Part shown: one piece after another, positions 28,259-37,902 of the stretch
Layout: each line of letters starts with the position of its first letter
How positions within the stretch are numbered: position 1 is the first letter of the stretch
Source of the DNA: Candidatus Latescibacterota bacterium
GTDB lineage: Bacteria > Latescibacterota > UBA2968 > UBA8231
Direction: 5' to 3'
Assembly (NCBI GenBank): GCA_965197905.1
Contig: CBDAOB010000002.1
Coordinates: 320,001 to 384,000 of the forward strand
DNA: 64,000 nucleotides
Translations under genes and position numbers: made by a program
Notes under the pieces: model-generated
Database searches by the model: none
What the model was told of the DNA's origin: nothing
The model's input: only the letters and a program-made list of their open reading frames with translations

Positions 28259-29758
28259 ATGGACCTTCAGCTAATCGAACCTCACAAACACCGTCAGCTG
28301 TTCGTGGACGACGCCGCGTTGGAAACGGGGGCCGGCGCACAAAACCACGGTTGGACGCGGACCATGCATCCACCCAAGAAGTGCGGCCCCGTCATTCGTC
28401 CTGATCTATCCCGCGGTCAACGGTCGCTGCAAAGCCGCAGCGCGCCGCAATGGAATCCCGAAAAGGGAGTCTGGGAATGGTGGTATTTCGGCGAGCACGT
28501 CTACTACGCAACCTCGACCGACGGTGAGAACTGGGATCGCCCATCCCTAGGGCGTTACGAGTGGGAGGGTTCGAAAGAGAACAACATCGCGGACGATCCC
28601 GATAGCGGCGAAACCCGGCGATTGACCCACGTGCTTCGCGACGAAGCCGAAGATAGTCCGCAGCGACGCTACAAAGCGCTCTTTACCCGCAGGGCGGTCA
28701 TCAATGCCAGTAGCCGCTTCCTGGCAACGTCCCCGGACGGGTTCGACTGGACCATTCTGGATCGCCCTCCGATACCCAGCAGCGACGAATGCCACTTCAC
28801 TTACGACGAGTTCGGCCAGCAGTACCTGGCGCTCGTTAAGCACGGCACCGAATGGGGGCGCTCGGTTTTTCTTTCCACCAGCAAAGACTTCGAGCAGTTC
28901 ACTGAACCACAGCTCATCTTTCATTCCGACGAGCTCGACCGAGCGAACTGCCGGCGACGCGTACGCGAAGTGATCGAAGACCCCGACTATATTACACCGC
29001 CCATCGTCGACGATGTGGACTACATAGCCGAAGTCTACCAAATGGCCGTCATGCCGTACGAGGGATGTTATTTCGGGTTCCCCGGTCTGTTCAATCCGTT
29101 CGGAGCCATCGCCCCACCCACCAAGAACTTCACTCGCATCAACCAGGTGGAGCTGGCGTTTTCCCGCGACCTCCACAACTGGGATCGGCTCGGGGATCGA
29201 CAGGTGTTTGTCGGCCTCGACCGGTGGGACGGCGAAAACTACGGCACGAGCCAGATCCTGTTGACCGGCCGTCCGGTTGTACGCCCCGATCTTGGTGAGA
29301 TCTGGGTTTATTACAACGCCCTGCGCATGCCGGGGAACCGGGAACAATACCAGCAGCTGGACCGCAACCGGGAACTCTTCAGACTCAATGTGGATCCGGA
29401 GCTCTTCGAGGACGCGGGCGCCCTGTCGTTGGCAAAGCTCCGCCTGGACGGTTTTATCTCGCTCGACGGAGGTGAGGCGGCGACCATCACCACCAAACCG
29501 TTCATGCTAAGAGGTGAAGAGGTATACATCAACGTCGACGCCAAATGGGGGACGATCTTTGCCGAGATCGTCGATGGGGAAACCATGAAACGCTTCCCTG
29601 GGGGCTTCACCGTCATTGGCGAACCAGTCAGCGGCGATCACAGGCGCGCGAAGATAATCTGGCAGGGAGAACACGACCGGGTCTTCGAGCGGCCGGTTCG
29701 CATCATCTTCGACCTGCACCAGACGCGCTTCTACTCCTTCTGGCTGCAGAAGGAATGA
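28259..29758 (+). CDS. GH32/GH130-like beta-propeller hypothetical protein (paralog 3)
   Basis: RQLFVDD, YATSTDGENWDRPSLG, SPDGFDW, ELAFSRDLHNW, LAKLRLDGFISL and YINVDA. Confidence 0.75.
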   Translation: MDLQLIEPHKHRQLFVDDAALETGAGAQNHGWTRTMHPPKKCGPVIRPDLSRGQRSLQSRSAPQWNPEKGVWEWWYFGEHVYYATSTDGENWDRPSLGRYEWEGSKENNIADDPDSGETRRLTHVLRDEAEDSPQRRYKALFTRRAVINASSRFLATSPDGFDWTILDRPPIPSSDECHFTYDEFGQQYLALVKHGTEWGRSVFLSTSKDFEQFTEPQLIFHSDELDRANCRRRVREVIEDPDYITPPIVDDVDYIAEVYQMAVMPYEGCYFGFPGLFNPFGAIAPPTKNFTRINQVELAFSRDLHNWDRLGDRQVFVGLDRWDGENYGTSQILLTGRPVVRPDLGEIWVYYNALRMPGNREQYQQLDRNRELFRLNVDPELFEDAGALSLAKLRLDGFISLDGGEAATITTKPFMLRGEEVYINVDAKWGTIFAEIVDGETMKRFPGGFTVIGEPVSGDHRRAKIIWQGEHDRVFERPVRIIFDLHQTRFYSFWLQKE

Positions 29759-29964
29759 CGCAAACCGTTCTTCTACGGCCTGAAGGTCGGCTACATTGTC
29801 GGGGTTGCCTCTTCCATCGTCGTCGATCTGATCTGGTTCCCCACCGCGGGGGGGTCACGCCGCGGCCGGACCGCGCGGAGTTGGGGAGCGCAGCGATGCC
29901 GGCGGCGTTTCGACCGGCGCGGTGCGCTTGACCGGCGGAACCGGTTCTAAACAAAGGAGCTATC

Positions 29965-31254
29965 ATGACCGTCTTGAGTACTCGCGATTGGGACTTCTGG
30001 GAAGAAAACGGCTACGTCGTCGTACCGAATGCCGTCCCTCAGGAAAACCTGGATGCCGTCGTTGAAGCCATGCAGGTGTTCTGCGGTCGCGACTTCTCGA
30101 GGCCGGAGGAATGGTACGGCATTCCCCGCAACCCGGGCAGCAGCCTCATCAACATGATGCGCCACCAAACCCTTTGGGAGAATCGCCAGTGTCCGCGTAT
30201 CCACCAGGCCTTTGCTGAGATTCTGGGCACCGAGGCGTTGATCGTCTCGCAGGACCGGGTCGCCATGAATCCGCCCAACTACGGCGACTGGCAGTATAGC
30301 GGGTTCATACACTGGGACATGGATTCGACTCAGCGCCCCATCCCACTGCAAGTGCAGGGCGTCCTCTACCTGGCCGATACCGCCGCTAATCAAGGAGGAT
30401 TTCAATGCGTGCCCGGTTTCCATCGGAAGCTGGAGGAATGGTCGAAAACCCAACCACCCGACCGCCATCCCAAGTGGCCCGAGGATATGGCAGCCTTCGA
30501 CGTTCAGTCCATTCCCGGGGAAGCCGGCGACCTGCTCATATGGCACAGCGCCTTACTCCACGGCAATGGCGCCAACTGCTTCAGTCGCCCCCGCCTGTCC
30601 CAGTTTATGCTGATGACGCCGGCCCAAGATCGAACCGGCAGCGGCGTGTTGCCCCTGGCTCGGACCCACGAGGAGGTCGTCGCTGAAGCCCTTGGTGCCC
30701 CGCAGGTTTTGGTGGAGCGCTGGTTGGCCGAACATCGCGGCAGTGACCTGGTGCATGCGCGGATCGAGGAGATACTCGGGGAACACCCCAGCTACCCGGC
30801 CTGGAAGATTCGCTCCAACGGCGACCTGTTCGTCGCCAAGAAATCGTTGGTAAAGCCGGTAGACGAGACCACCGTTGAGCTTACTCGCGCCGATGCTCAG
30901 AGTTTTGGTCTGCCAATCTTGCACCACCTGGAGGAAGGCCTGATCGAATCGATCCTGCGCATTCCGCAGCCGCAGCACGAACCGAAACTCAGTTCCGACC
31001 AACTGGCTCGCTTGCCCGATCTACTGCGACAGACTCCGGCCGCTTTCGACCTTGGCGACAGCACCATCTGGAATGAACACCATTGGCAGCACACGATTTG
31101 CGGAGGAGCGGCCTTTGGATGCGGCGACGACCGCATCTGGAACGAACGGGATGTCGCCTACCTGATGCACGTCGAGTTCGGTCTAGAGCTTGACGTCCGG
31201 GACGCCGTGCTCACACCCTTGGGCCGCAAGCTCGCTGGCGTCGATTCCTGGTAA
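29965..31254 (+). CDS. PhyH family dioxygenase with long C-terminal extension
   Basis: FWEENGYVVV, HWD, GGFQCVPGFH and GDLLIWHSALLHGN; SD AAGGAG. Confidence 0.88.
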   Translation: MTVLSTRDWDFWEENGYVVVPNAVPQENLDAVVEAMQVFCGRDFSRPEEWYGIPRNPGSSLINMMRHQTLWENRQCPRIHQAFAEILGTEALIVSQDRVAMNPPNYGDWQYSGFIHWDMDSTQRPIPLQVQGVLYLADTAANQGGFQCVPGFHRKLEEWSKTQPPDRHPKWPEDMAAFDVQSIPGEAGDLLIWHSALLHGNGANCFSRPRLSQFMLMTPAQDRTGSGVLPLARTHEEVVAEALGAPQVLVERWLAEHRGSDLVHARIEEILGEHPSYPAWKIRSNGDLFVAKKSLVKPVDETTVELTRADAQSFGLPILHHLEEGLIESILRIPQPQHEPKLSSDQLARLPDLLRQTPAAFDLGDSTIWNEHHWQHTICGGAAFGCGDDRIWNERDVAYLMHVEFGLELDVRDAVLTPLGRKLAGVDSW

Positions 31255-31357
31255 TCGTAACTTTCCTGCTCCACGCCGCGAGCCGGGATGGATCGGCGGC
31301 AGCATGTCAGCATGGGGAATGCCAAGTTACATTTGCGCCGAAAACTGGAGGATGCCC

Positions 31358-32149
31358 ATGTCCGAATTCGTTTTTCCCGACCTGCAGGGCATAAGCGACG
31401 CCTACGATCGGGACGGTTACGCCATCGTACGTCAGGTCCTGGATTCCGAGCTGTTGGAGGAGCTGAACCGGCATATCGATTGGCTCATTGAGCGGCACCC
31501 TGAGCTCGAGCCGGAGGGCCTCGGATGCCACCTGATAGCCGACGACCCCTTCTGGGTCCGTTTCCTGAGCGATCCGCATTTGCTGGACGTGGCGGGGGCG
31601 CTAATCGGCCCCAACATCGCCTTGTTTGCAGCAGACTACATCTGTAAGCCCCCAGGCAAAGGGAAAGGCGTACAGTGGCATCAGGACGGCCATTACTGGC
31701 CCCTTGAACCGCTGGAGGTAATCACCGCATGGTTTGCCGTCACCGAATCTGTTCCACAAAACGGCGGCGTTCGTGTCATTCCCGGCAGCCACCTCATCGG
31801 CCTGCAGAAACATGCGGCAAAGCGGGAGGATCACCTCCTGCTCAAGAAGGTCGATCCAGCTGTTGTGGACGAAAGCAAGGCGATCGATATCGAGCTCAAT
31901 CCGGGAGACATATCGGTGCACCACCCGCTGATTCTTCACGGCTCTGAGCCCAACACCAGCGACCGTTGGCGGCGGGGAGGATCTATTCAGTACATGCCGG
32001 CCACGACGTTGGTCACCAAGCAGGATTGGCCCTGCCTCTTTCTATTCCGTGGCGAGGCGGTGGACGGCATCAACGAGTATCGCTCATGCCCGCCTTTCAA
32101 CGCCGATCGGCACATGGAATTTCGCAGCTGCGAAACCTGGTTGCAGTGA
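31358..32149 (+). CDS. PhyH family dioxygenase
   Basis: YDRDGYAIV, WHQDGHYWPL, NGGVRVIPGSH and HGSEPNTSDRWRR; start 31358 chosen for SD GGAGG. Confidence 0.92.
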   Translation: MSEFVFPDLQGISDAYDRDGYAIVRQVLDSELLEELNRHIDWLIERHPELEPEGLGCHLIADDPFWVRFLSDPHLLDVAGALIGPNIALFAADYICKPPGKGKGVQWHQDGHYWPLEPLEVITAWFAVTESVPQNGGVRVIPGSHLIGLQKHAAKREDHLLLKKVDPAVVDESKAIDIELNPGDISVHHPLILHGSEPNTSDRWRRGGSIQYMPATTLVTKQDWPCLFLFRGEAVDGINEYRSCPPFNADRHMEFRSCETWLQ

Positions 32150-32208
32150 TCCTTCCCTATCGTTTCTTGTGCGCCCAGCTCCTACGGCCGCTCCGTCCCG
32201 GTGCTATC

Positions 32209-33882
32209 CTATTCCACGAGTCCGAACCCTTCTCTAACGATCAGTAGGCGATCGACAGACAGATCGGCGATGCGGTCCACGGTCCCTGAGGGCCAGCGCA
32301 CTTCGACCGTGTCCACCCGCGTGCGCTCGCCCAGCCCAAAGTGGGCGCGCATATCGTTCTGCGACAGATAACTCGACCCCGAGCGGATCTCCCGCAGCTG
32401 CACCAGTGAGTCCACTCGGACCCGGACGCGGGCTCCGATGCCCAAACGATTGCTCTTTGTGCCCACCGTTTTTACCTGCAGCCAGTGGCGGTCATTGCCT
32501 CCCTTGTTGCGCAGAAGATTGGGTGTATCGTCGATGTTGAACACGGCGATATCGATATCCCCATCGTTGTCGTAGTCGCCGAAAGCCGCCCCGCGACTCG
32601 ATTGCACCAGGGCCAACCCTGGACCGGCCTGCTCGGTGACCTCTTCAAAGCGCCCGCCATCGTTGCGAAAGAGCTGGTTCGACTGCCGGTAGCGCTCTGC
32701 ATGTCCCTCTACCGCATCCAGCTGCGGGTAGATGTGACCGTTGGCAATGAACAGATCCAGATCCCCGTCGTGATCATAGTCGAAAAACGAGGTCCCCCAG
32801 CCCAGGGTCGCGTAGGTCGGTTTATACAGACCGGTGGCAGGGGTAATGTCGTCGAAGTACTTGCCCTGGTTCGTGTACATGGTTGAATAGTCATTGGCAA
32901 AATTGGTGACGAAGAGATCGAAATCTCCATCGTTGTCGTAGTCGCCTGCATCGACCCCCATACCCGCCTGCGCTACCCCGTGCCAGGAGCGCCCTGCGCT
33001 CATGCGTGCCCCCACCTCTTTAAAGGTGCCGTCCCCGTTGTTCCGGTAGAGAAAATTCTGATGGATGTCGTTGGCGACGTAGATGTCCGGATCGCCGTCG
33101 TTGTCGTAATCCGTGAGACAAACCCCAAAGCCGTAGGAAGGAACCCAATCCTTCAGACCCGCCTGTTCGGTCACATCCGTGAAGGTGCCGTCCCCGTTGT
33201 TGCGGTAGAAAACATCGGGGTCGCCCTTGAGCCCGCGAGGTCCTACCAGGACGTTTCCGACACCCATCCAGACCAAACTCCGCTCCGCCTTCAGGACCTC
33301 TTCTATGGGGTAGTTCACATAGTTGGCCACATAGAGATCCAAGTCGCCATCCCCGTCATGATCCACGAAGATCGCGCCGGTACCCCCGCTGTCGTCGCCG
33401 ACTCCGGTCATGCTCGTGACGTCGGCAAAACTGCCGTCACCGCGGTTGCGGTAGAGCACGTTCGAGCCCGTGTTGGTGACGTATAGATCCGGATGGCCAT
33501 CGTTGTCGTAATCGCCCACGCTCGCGCCAACGCCCCAACCCCGGTCCCCAACTCCGGCACGGGTCGTCAGATCCTCAAAGCTTCCATCTCCTCGGTTGCG
33601 GTAGAGCACATTGGCTCCCCTCAGCGTCACCTTCCGGTCTTGGATCCTCCAGCCATTGACCACGTAGAGATCGAGATCGCCGTCGTCGTCGTAATCGAAG
33701 AACGCCCCTCCGGTGCCGCTCGCCTCCTGGATGTGGTTCTTTTCCAGGCTGCCGCAGTAGGTCACCACATCCAGGCCGGCCTGGGCTGCCACGTCCTCAA
33801 AGACGACCTCCGCCCACACCTTCTGCCCCAAAGCAGGCGGGAGGAGCAATATTGCCGCAACCGCATACCAGACCTGCACCAT
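32209..33882 (-). CDS. CRTAC1-like secreted protein (FG-GAP repeats plus ASPIC/UnbV domain)
   Basis: Signal peptide; repeated DYDNDGDxDLYVxN and LYRNxGDGxF; C-terminal GSSYLSQN..HFGLG..VRWPSG. Confidence 0.93.
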   Translation of the reverse strand: MVQVWYAVAAILLLPPALGQKVWAEVVFEDVAAQAGLDVVTYCGSLEKNHIQEASGTGGAFFDYDDDGDLDLYVVNGWRIQDRKVTLRGANVLYRNRGDGSFEDLTTRAGVGDRGWGVGASVGDYDNDGHPDLYVTNTGSNVLYRNRGDGSFADVTSMTGVGDDSGGTGAIFVDHDGDGDLDLYVANYVNYPIEEVLKAERSLVWMGVGNVLVGPRGLKGDPDVFYRNNGDGTFTDVTEQAGLKDWVPSYGFGVCLTDYDNDGDPDIYVANDIHQNFLYRNNGDGTFKEVGARMSAGRSWHGVAQAGMGVDAGDYDNDGDFDLFVTNFANDYSTMYTNQGKYFDDITPATGLYKPTYATLGWGTSFFDYDHDGDLDLFIANGHIYPQLDAVEGHAERYRQSNQLFRNDGGRFEEVTEQAGPGLALVQSSRGAAFGDYDNDGDIDIAVFNIDDTPNLLRNKGGNDRHWLQVKTVGTKSNRLGIGARVRVRVDSLVQLREIRSGSSYLSQNDMRAHFGLGERTRVDTVEVRWPSGTVDRIADLSVDRLLIVREGFGLVE

Positions 33883-34264
33883 TCTGTGCTCCTTCAATTT
33901 ACCCCAACTAGTAGGGGTAGAAACGCGCCTCATGATCCGCTATATCCCCTCCTGCCATTCCACGGTGACCGTCGCCAATGTACTCACATTGATATTCTGG
34001 GCATCTATCGTAAAATTGTGTCGCATATCTATGCTGGCCAACTGTCGTCACGCCCTCCCCCGGCTCAAAGGTCAAAAACATGCAGCAAGCACCATTTTTT
34101 TATATTCATAATGATAGCGCTTGGCTTTGCCCGGCGACACAGGTGGGCCCTGGTTGACACGCTGGCGGAATTGGGTCTGGATGTGGAAGGGATCGAAGCG
34201 GAAGTGGATTTTATTGGTCGGCTGGTCGAGAAGATGAGAACCTGATGTTCAGGAGGAGGCGCAG

Positions 34265-35284
34265 ATAAAACGGTGGCTAATGGCCCTATTGCTTAGCGCT
34301 GTGTACAGCGCCTCTGTATGGGCCCAGAACGTTGACTTCGAGACCGCCCGTAGCCAAGCAGAGGTAGTAGTCCTGGAGGGCGACTTTGCGATTGGTTCCC
34401 AAGAAGATCTCGACGGGCTGATCACTGCTGCTGGAGACAGGTCCTTCGCTATTGCGGGCAACCTGACCGTGGAGCAGTCTCCTCTCACCACGCTGGCCGG
34501 TTTGAAGAATCTCACCAGCGTCGGGAGCCTGGTTATCGATCGCAATGCCGCTCTGACCAGCTTGGTGGGGCTGAGTAACCTCACCGGCGTCAAGAGCTTG
34601 ACGATTCGCTTCAATGGGTCTCTGACTACCCTGGAAGGTCTGAACAACTTCACCAGCGTCGGGGGGTACTTGGCAATCGCAAACAATGCTGCACTGACGA
34701 GTGTGGCGGCGTTGAGTAACCTCACCCACGTCGGGGGGGACCTGAGAATCAGCGGCAATGCCGCTCTGACCAGCCTGGTGGGGTTGAGTAACCTCACCCG
34801 CGTCAAGAGCCTGACTATTCGCTTCAATGGGTCTCTGACTACCTTGGAAGGTTTGAATAATCTCACCAGCGTCGGGGGGGACCTGGTAGTCGAGAACAGT
34901 GTCGGTCTGCCGAATCTGGCGGCGCTGAGTAACCTCACCCACGTTGAGGAGGATCTGGTCATCGACTTCAATCCTGCTCTGACCAGCCTGGAAGGCCTGA
35001 ACAACCTCACCCGCGTCGGGGGGGACCTGGTAGTCAAGAACCATGGGTCTCTGACTACCTTGGAAGGTTTGAATAATCTCACCCGCGTCGGGGGGGACTT
35101 GGTAGTCAGGATCAATGGCGCTCTGACCAGTCTGGCGGCGTTGAGTACTCTCACCCGCGTTGGGGGGGACCTGGTAGTCAGTGACAACTCAGTTTTACCA
35201 ACCAATTCAGCTCAGGCCTTTGCAGACAGGCTGATTGCGGGTGGCTTTACAGGTCAGGTCACAATCAGAGCGAATAAACCATAG
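34265..35284 (+). CDS. secreted leucine-rich repeat / receptor-L-domain-like protein
   Basis: About 10 repeats of 23-24 aa (VGGDLVxxxNxxLTSLxGLxNLTx) after a signal peptide. The first ATG is 34280, but the SD points to an in-frame ATA at 34265. Confidence 0.82.
   Translation: MKRWLMALLLSAVYSASVWAQNVDFETARSQAEVVVLEGDFAIGSQEDLDGLITAAGDRSFAIAGNLTVEQSPLTTLAGLKNLTSVGSLVIDRNAALTSLVGLSNLTGVKSLTIRFNGSLTTLEGLNNFTSVGGYLAIANNAALTSVAALSNLTHVGGDLRISGNAALTSLVGLSNLTRVKSLTIRFNGSLTTLEGLNNLTSVGGDLVVENSVGLPNLAALSNLTHVEEDLVIDFNPALTSLEGLNNLTRVGGDLVVKNHGSLTTLEGLNNLTRVGGDLVVRINGALTSLAALSTLTRVGGDLVVSDNSVLPTNSAQAFADRLIAGGFTGQVTIRANKP
35184..35210 (+). repeat. 27-bp perfect direct repeat, copy 1 (copy 2 at 36307-36333)
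   Basis: ACAACTCAGTTTTACCAACCAATTCAG, inside the 3' end of the LRR gene. Confidence 0.9.
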
Positions 35285-35461
35285 CAGGCCGAGTAATATT
35301 TGCGGTCCGCCGCGCAACCTGACCAGGATCGCGACCAACCCATCTGCGTGGATATCGCTACTCCGCCGCACTTCAAGTGGGTTTGGTGCCCGGTCAAACC
35401 AAGTAGTGCTTCTGAGGCGCGGAGAAGGAGTGTCGACGATAGACAACAGCAGGAGGATGTG

Positions 35462-36298
35462 ATGCGGCTAAGTCCAATGGTGGGGATTCCGAAAGACGGC
35501 GCGGCCGGGGATTCACTGGTGCAGACGGTAGATCGGTTCTCGGCGAAAACCATATCGACCTATACGGGCGGTGACTGGTCCGAAAAGGATGTGGTTCAGG
35601 CGCGCAGTATTCTGGACGAATGCGGGATCTCGGTGGGCGAGTTCTGCTGGATGAGGATCGATCTGAATGCCTCCCTGAGTGAGCAGACTGAAGAGTTTAA
35701 GCGGCATCTATCCCACGGTGCGCTACTCAAGGCCCATTGCGCCGGTTTTGCCATGAAACCAGAGGGAGCCACTCCCTTCGATCCGGTGACGGAAAAGAAC
35801 TGGAACCGCGAAACCTGGTTGCGGTGTCTCGATCGCGTTGCGGTTCTGCTGCAAATTGCTCAGGAGCAGGATATGGTGGTTGCCGCGCATCCGCATTTGC
35901 TCACGCCGTTGAACTCCATCGCTCGATACCGGGAACTGTTGGGAAGCTTCAACGCCAGACACTTGAAGGTGCTCTTCGATCCGGTAAACCTTGTGCATCC
36001 GGAGGATGTCTTCAACACGGCTCAGGTTATCAACGACCTCTTCGATGCCCTTGACGAGGACATCGTGGCCATTCACACCAAAGACGTCATCCTGACACAC
36101 GGATCGGGGGGATTGCTACAACTGGAAGAGACCGTACCAGGTCGCGGCGTCCTCGACTACAAGGTCCTGCTGCGGCGAGGCAGTGCGCTGGCGCCCGAGG
36201 TGACGATGCAAGTGGAGCATTTCGAGGGGGACGACATCGTCGAGGGCCAGGACTACATACGGCGCGTAGCCGGAGACCTGAATCTCACCATCGGCTGA
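35462..36298 (+). CDS. sugar phosphate isomerase/epimerase (xylose isomerase-like TIM barrel)
   Basis: LFDPVN, IHTKDV, PGRGVLDY and VEH; SD AGGAGG before 35462. Confidence 0.85.
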   Translation: MRLSPMVGIPKDGAAGDSLVQTVDRFSAKTISTYTGGDWSEKDVVQARSILDECGISVGEFCWMRIDLNASLSEQTEEFKRHLSHGALLKAHCAGFAMKPEGATPFDPVTEKNWNRETWLRCLDRVAVLLQIAQEQDMVVAAHPHLLTPLNSIARYRELLGSFNARHLKVLFDPVNLVHPEDVFNTAQVINDLFDALDEDIVAIHTKDVILTHGSGGLLQLEETVPGRGVLDYKVLLRRGSALAPEVTMQVEHFEGDDIVEGQDYIRRVAGDLNLTIG

Positions 36299-36306
36299 AG
36301 TCAATT

Positions 36307-36333
36307 ACAACTCAGTTTTACCAACCAATTCAG
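36307..36333 (+). repeat. 27-bp perfect direct repeat, copy 2
   Basis: Identical to 35184-35210; intergenic, 8 nt after the isomerase stop. Confidence 0.9.
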
Positions 36334-36388
36334 GCGCACTATCGGGCGGCCACACAACTAACTCGAATTTGAGCATTGCAATCGCGGG

Positions 36389-37671
36389 ATGGGGACGTTG
36401 CGTTTCCGAATAGAAATAGTCGTTTTTATCGCCGGGGCGGCAATAATGATATTCGAGCTCGTGGGTTCGCGTGTCATGGCGCCGTACCTTGGGACTTCGC
36501 TCTACGTATGGACCAGCCTCATCGGGGTTATTCTGGGCAGTCTCAGTTTCGGATACTGGTACGGGGGACGGCTTGCTGACAGGCGGCCCGAGCACTGCGG
36601 TGCTTTCAAAGATACTCTTCGCAGCTGCGATTCTTGTAGCCGGCAGTTTCGTATTTCGATTACCTCACATTGAAATTCGTGCGGAGCTTGCTTCCCGACC
36701 TGCGCGCTGCCTCCTTCGCTGGCGCGGTTATTCTGTTTGCTCCAGCGAGTGTGCTCTTGGGAATGGTGGCGCCCTTTGCCGTGCGCCTGCAGTTGAGCGA
36801 CATCGAAGAAACTGGTGAAGTTGTCGGACACCTATACGCGATTTCCACGGTTGGCAGCATTAGCGGGACGTTTCTCGCCGGGTTTTTTCTCATTGCCTTT
36901 TTCGGAACGACGCAAATCCTTCTGGTACTGTCTGTTCTTCTGCTGGCAGCGTCGTTTGTCGGGCTCACAATGAAAAAGACGAAGCGCCGGGTAGTAGCCA
37001 GCCTTCTTCTCTTACTTGCGGTATCTTTCCGCGCACATCTACATCACAACTCCGATACCGGGCGAATCGATATTGACACAGATTATAACCGAGTGTGGAT
37101 CGATGATTCAGTCTTTGGGGAATCGAAGCGACGGGGGCGCCTTCTTCGAATCGATGGCTTATTCGCGCAAGCGGCGGTGTACCTCGACAATCTCAACGAA
37201 CTCTACCCGAACTACACGCGATTCTACCGCCTCGCAGAACATTTTCGTCCGGACGCCCGTGCTGCGCTGGCCATCGGCGGCGGCGGCTATACCTTTCCTC
37301 GCGACTATCTTCGGCGCAATGCAGATGTGGCAATTGACGCTGTGGAAATAGATCCGCAGCTTACGGAATTGTCGCGTCAATATTTTGCTCTCCGCGATCA
37401 TCCGCGGATGAAGATTCATCACGAAGACGGCCGCATGTTCGTCGCGCGGACGGAGAAAAAGTACGATGTTGTGTTCTTAGATGCTTTTAACTCAGCAGCG
37501 ACCATTCCGTTTCACCTTACAACGCTCGAATTTACCAGAGAGCTCGTGGGCGTGCTCGGGCCCAACGGCGTTCTCATTACCAATGTCGTATCTGCGATTG
37601 AAGGCGACCGCGGCCGGATGCTTCGCGCTTTGTATGCAGCGTACCAAAAGGTGACGATGTTGCAGCATTAA
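36389..37671 (+). pseudogene. fused MFS-like membrane / spermidine synthase-like protein, doubly frameshifted and apparently C-terminally truncated
   Basis: MIFELVGSRVMAPYLGTSLYVWTSLIG in one frame, STAVLSKILFAAAIL in a second (shift near 36588), and LYAISTVGSISGTF, IGGGGY, VEIDP and FLDAF in a third (shift near 36665). Confidence 0.82.
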
Positions 37672-37902
37672 CAGATAATTATGCCCCCGTAGAGCACTAT
37701 TCGAAGGGCGTACTTCAGTACTACTTATGAGATGTGGTTTTGAGTAAAATCTGGCTCCAGCCGCGGAACGGGGCGGCGGCCAATGGCCCCCCTTCGCGGT
37801 TCTAAGACGCACCGCTCTCCTCGCACTCGCCGCTCGCCTTTGGTCATAGGGACTGGATGCTCGAGGGGCACGTTGCGCTGAAAAGGATCTACGCAGCAGG
37901 AC

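Noticed and set aside
34249..35205. Repetitive minus-strand ORFs (318 and 252 aa)
   Set aside because: Mirror frames of the LRR repeat gene; only the plus strand has an SD and signal peptide.
34430..36333. CRISPR array or diversity-generating retroelement
   Set aside because: The repeats are in-frame coding units without unique spacers. There is no cas or reverse transcriptase gene in the window, and the 27-bp copy is identical rather than adenine-mutated.
37759..37800. GC-rich hairpin as ncRNA or REP element
   Set aside because: Single imperfect copy with no recognisable riboswitch or REP consensus.
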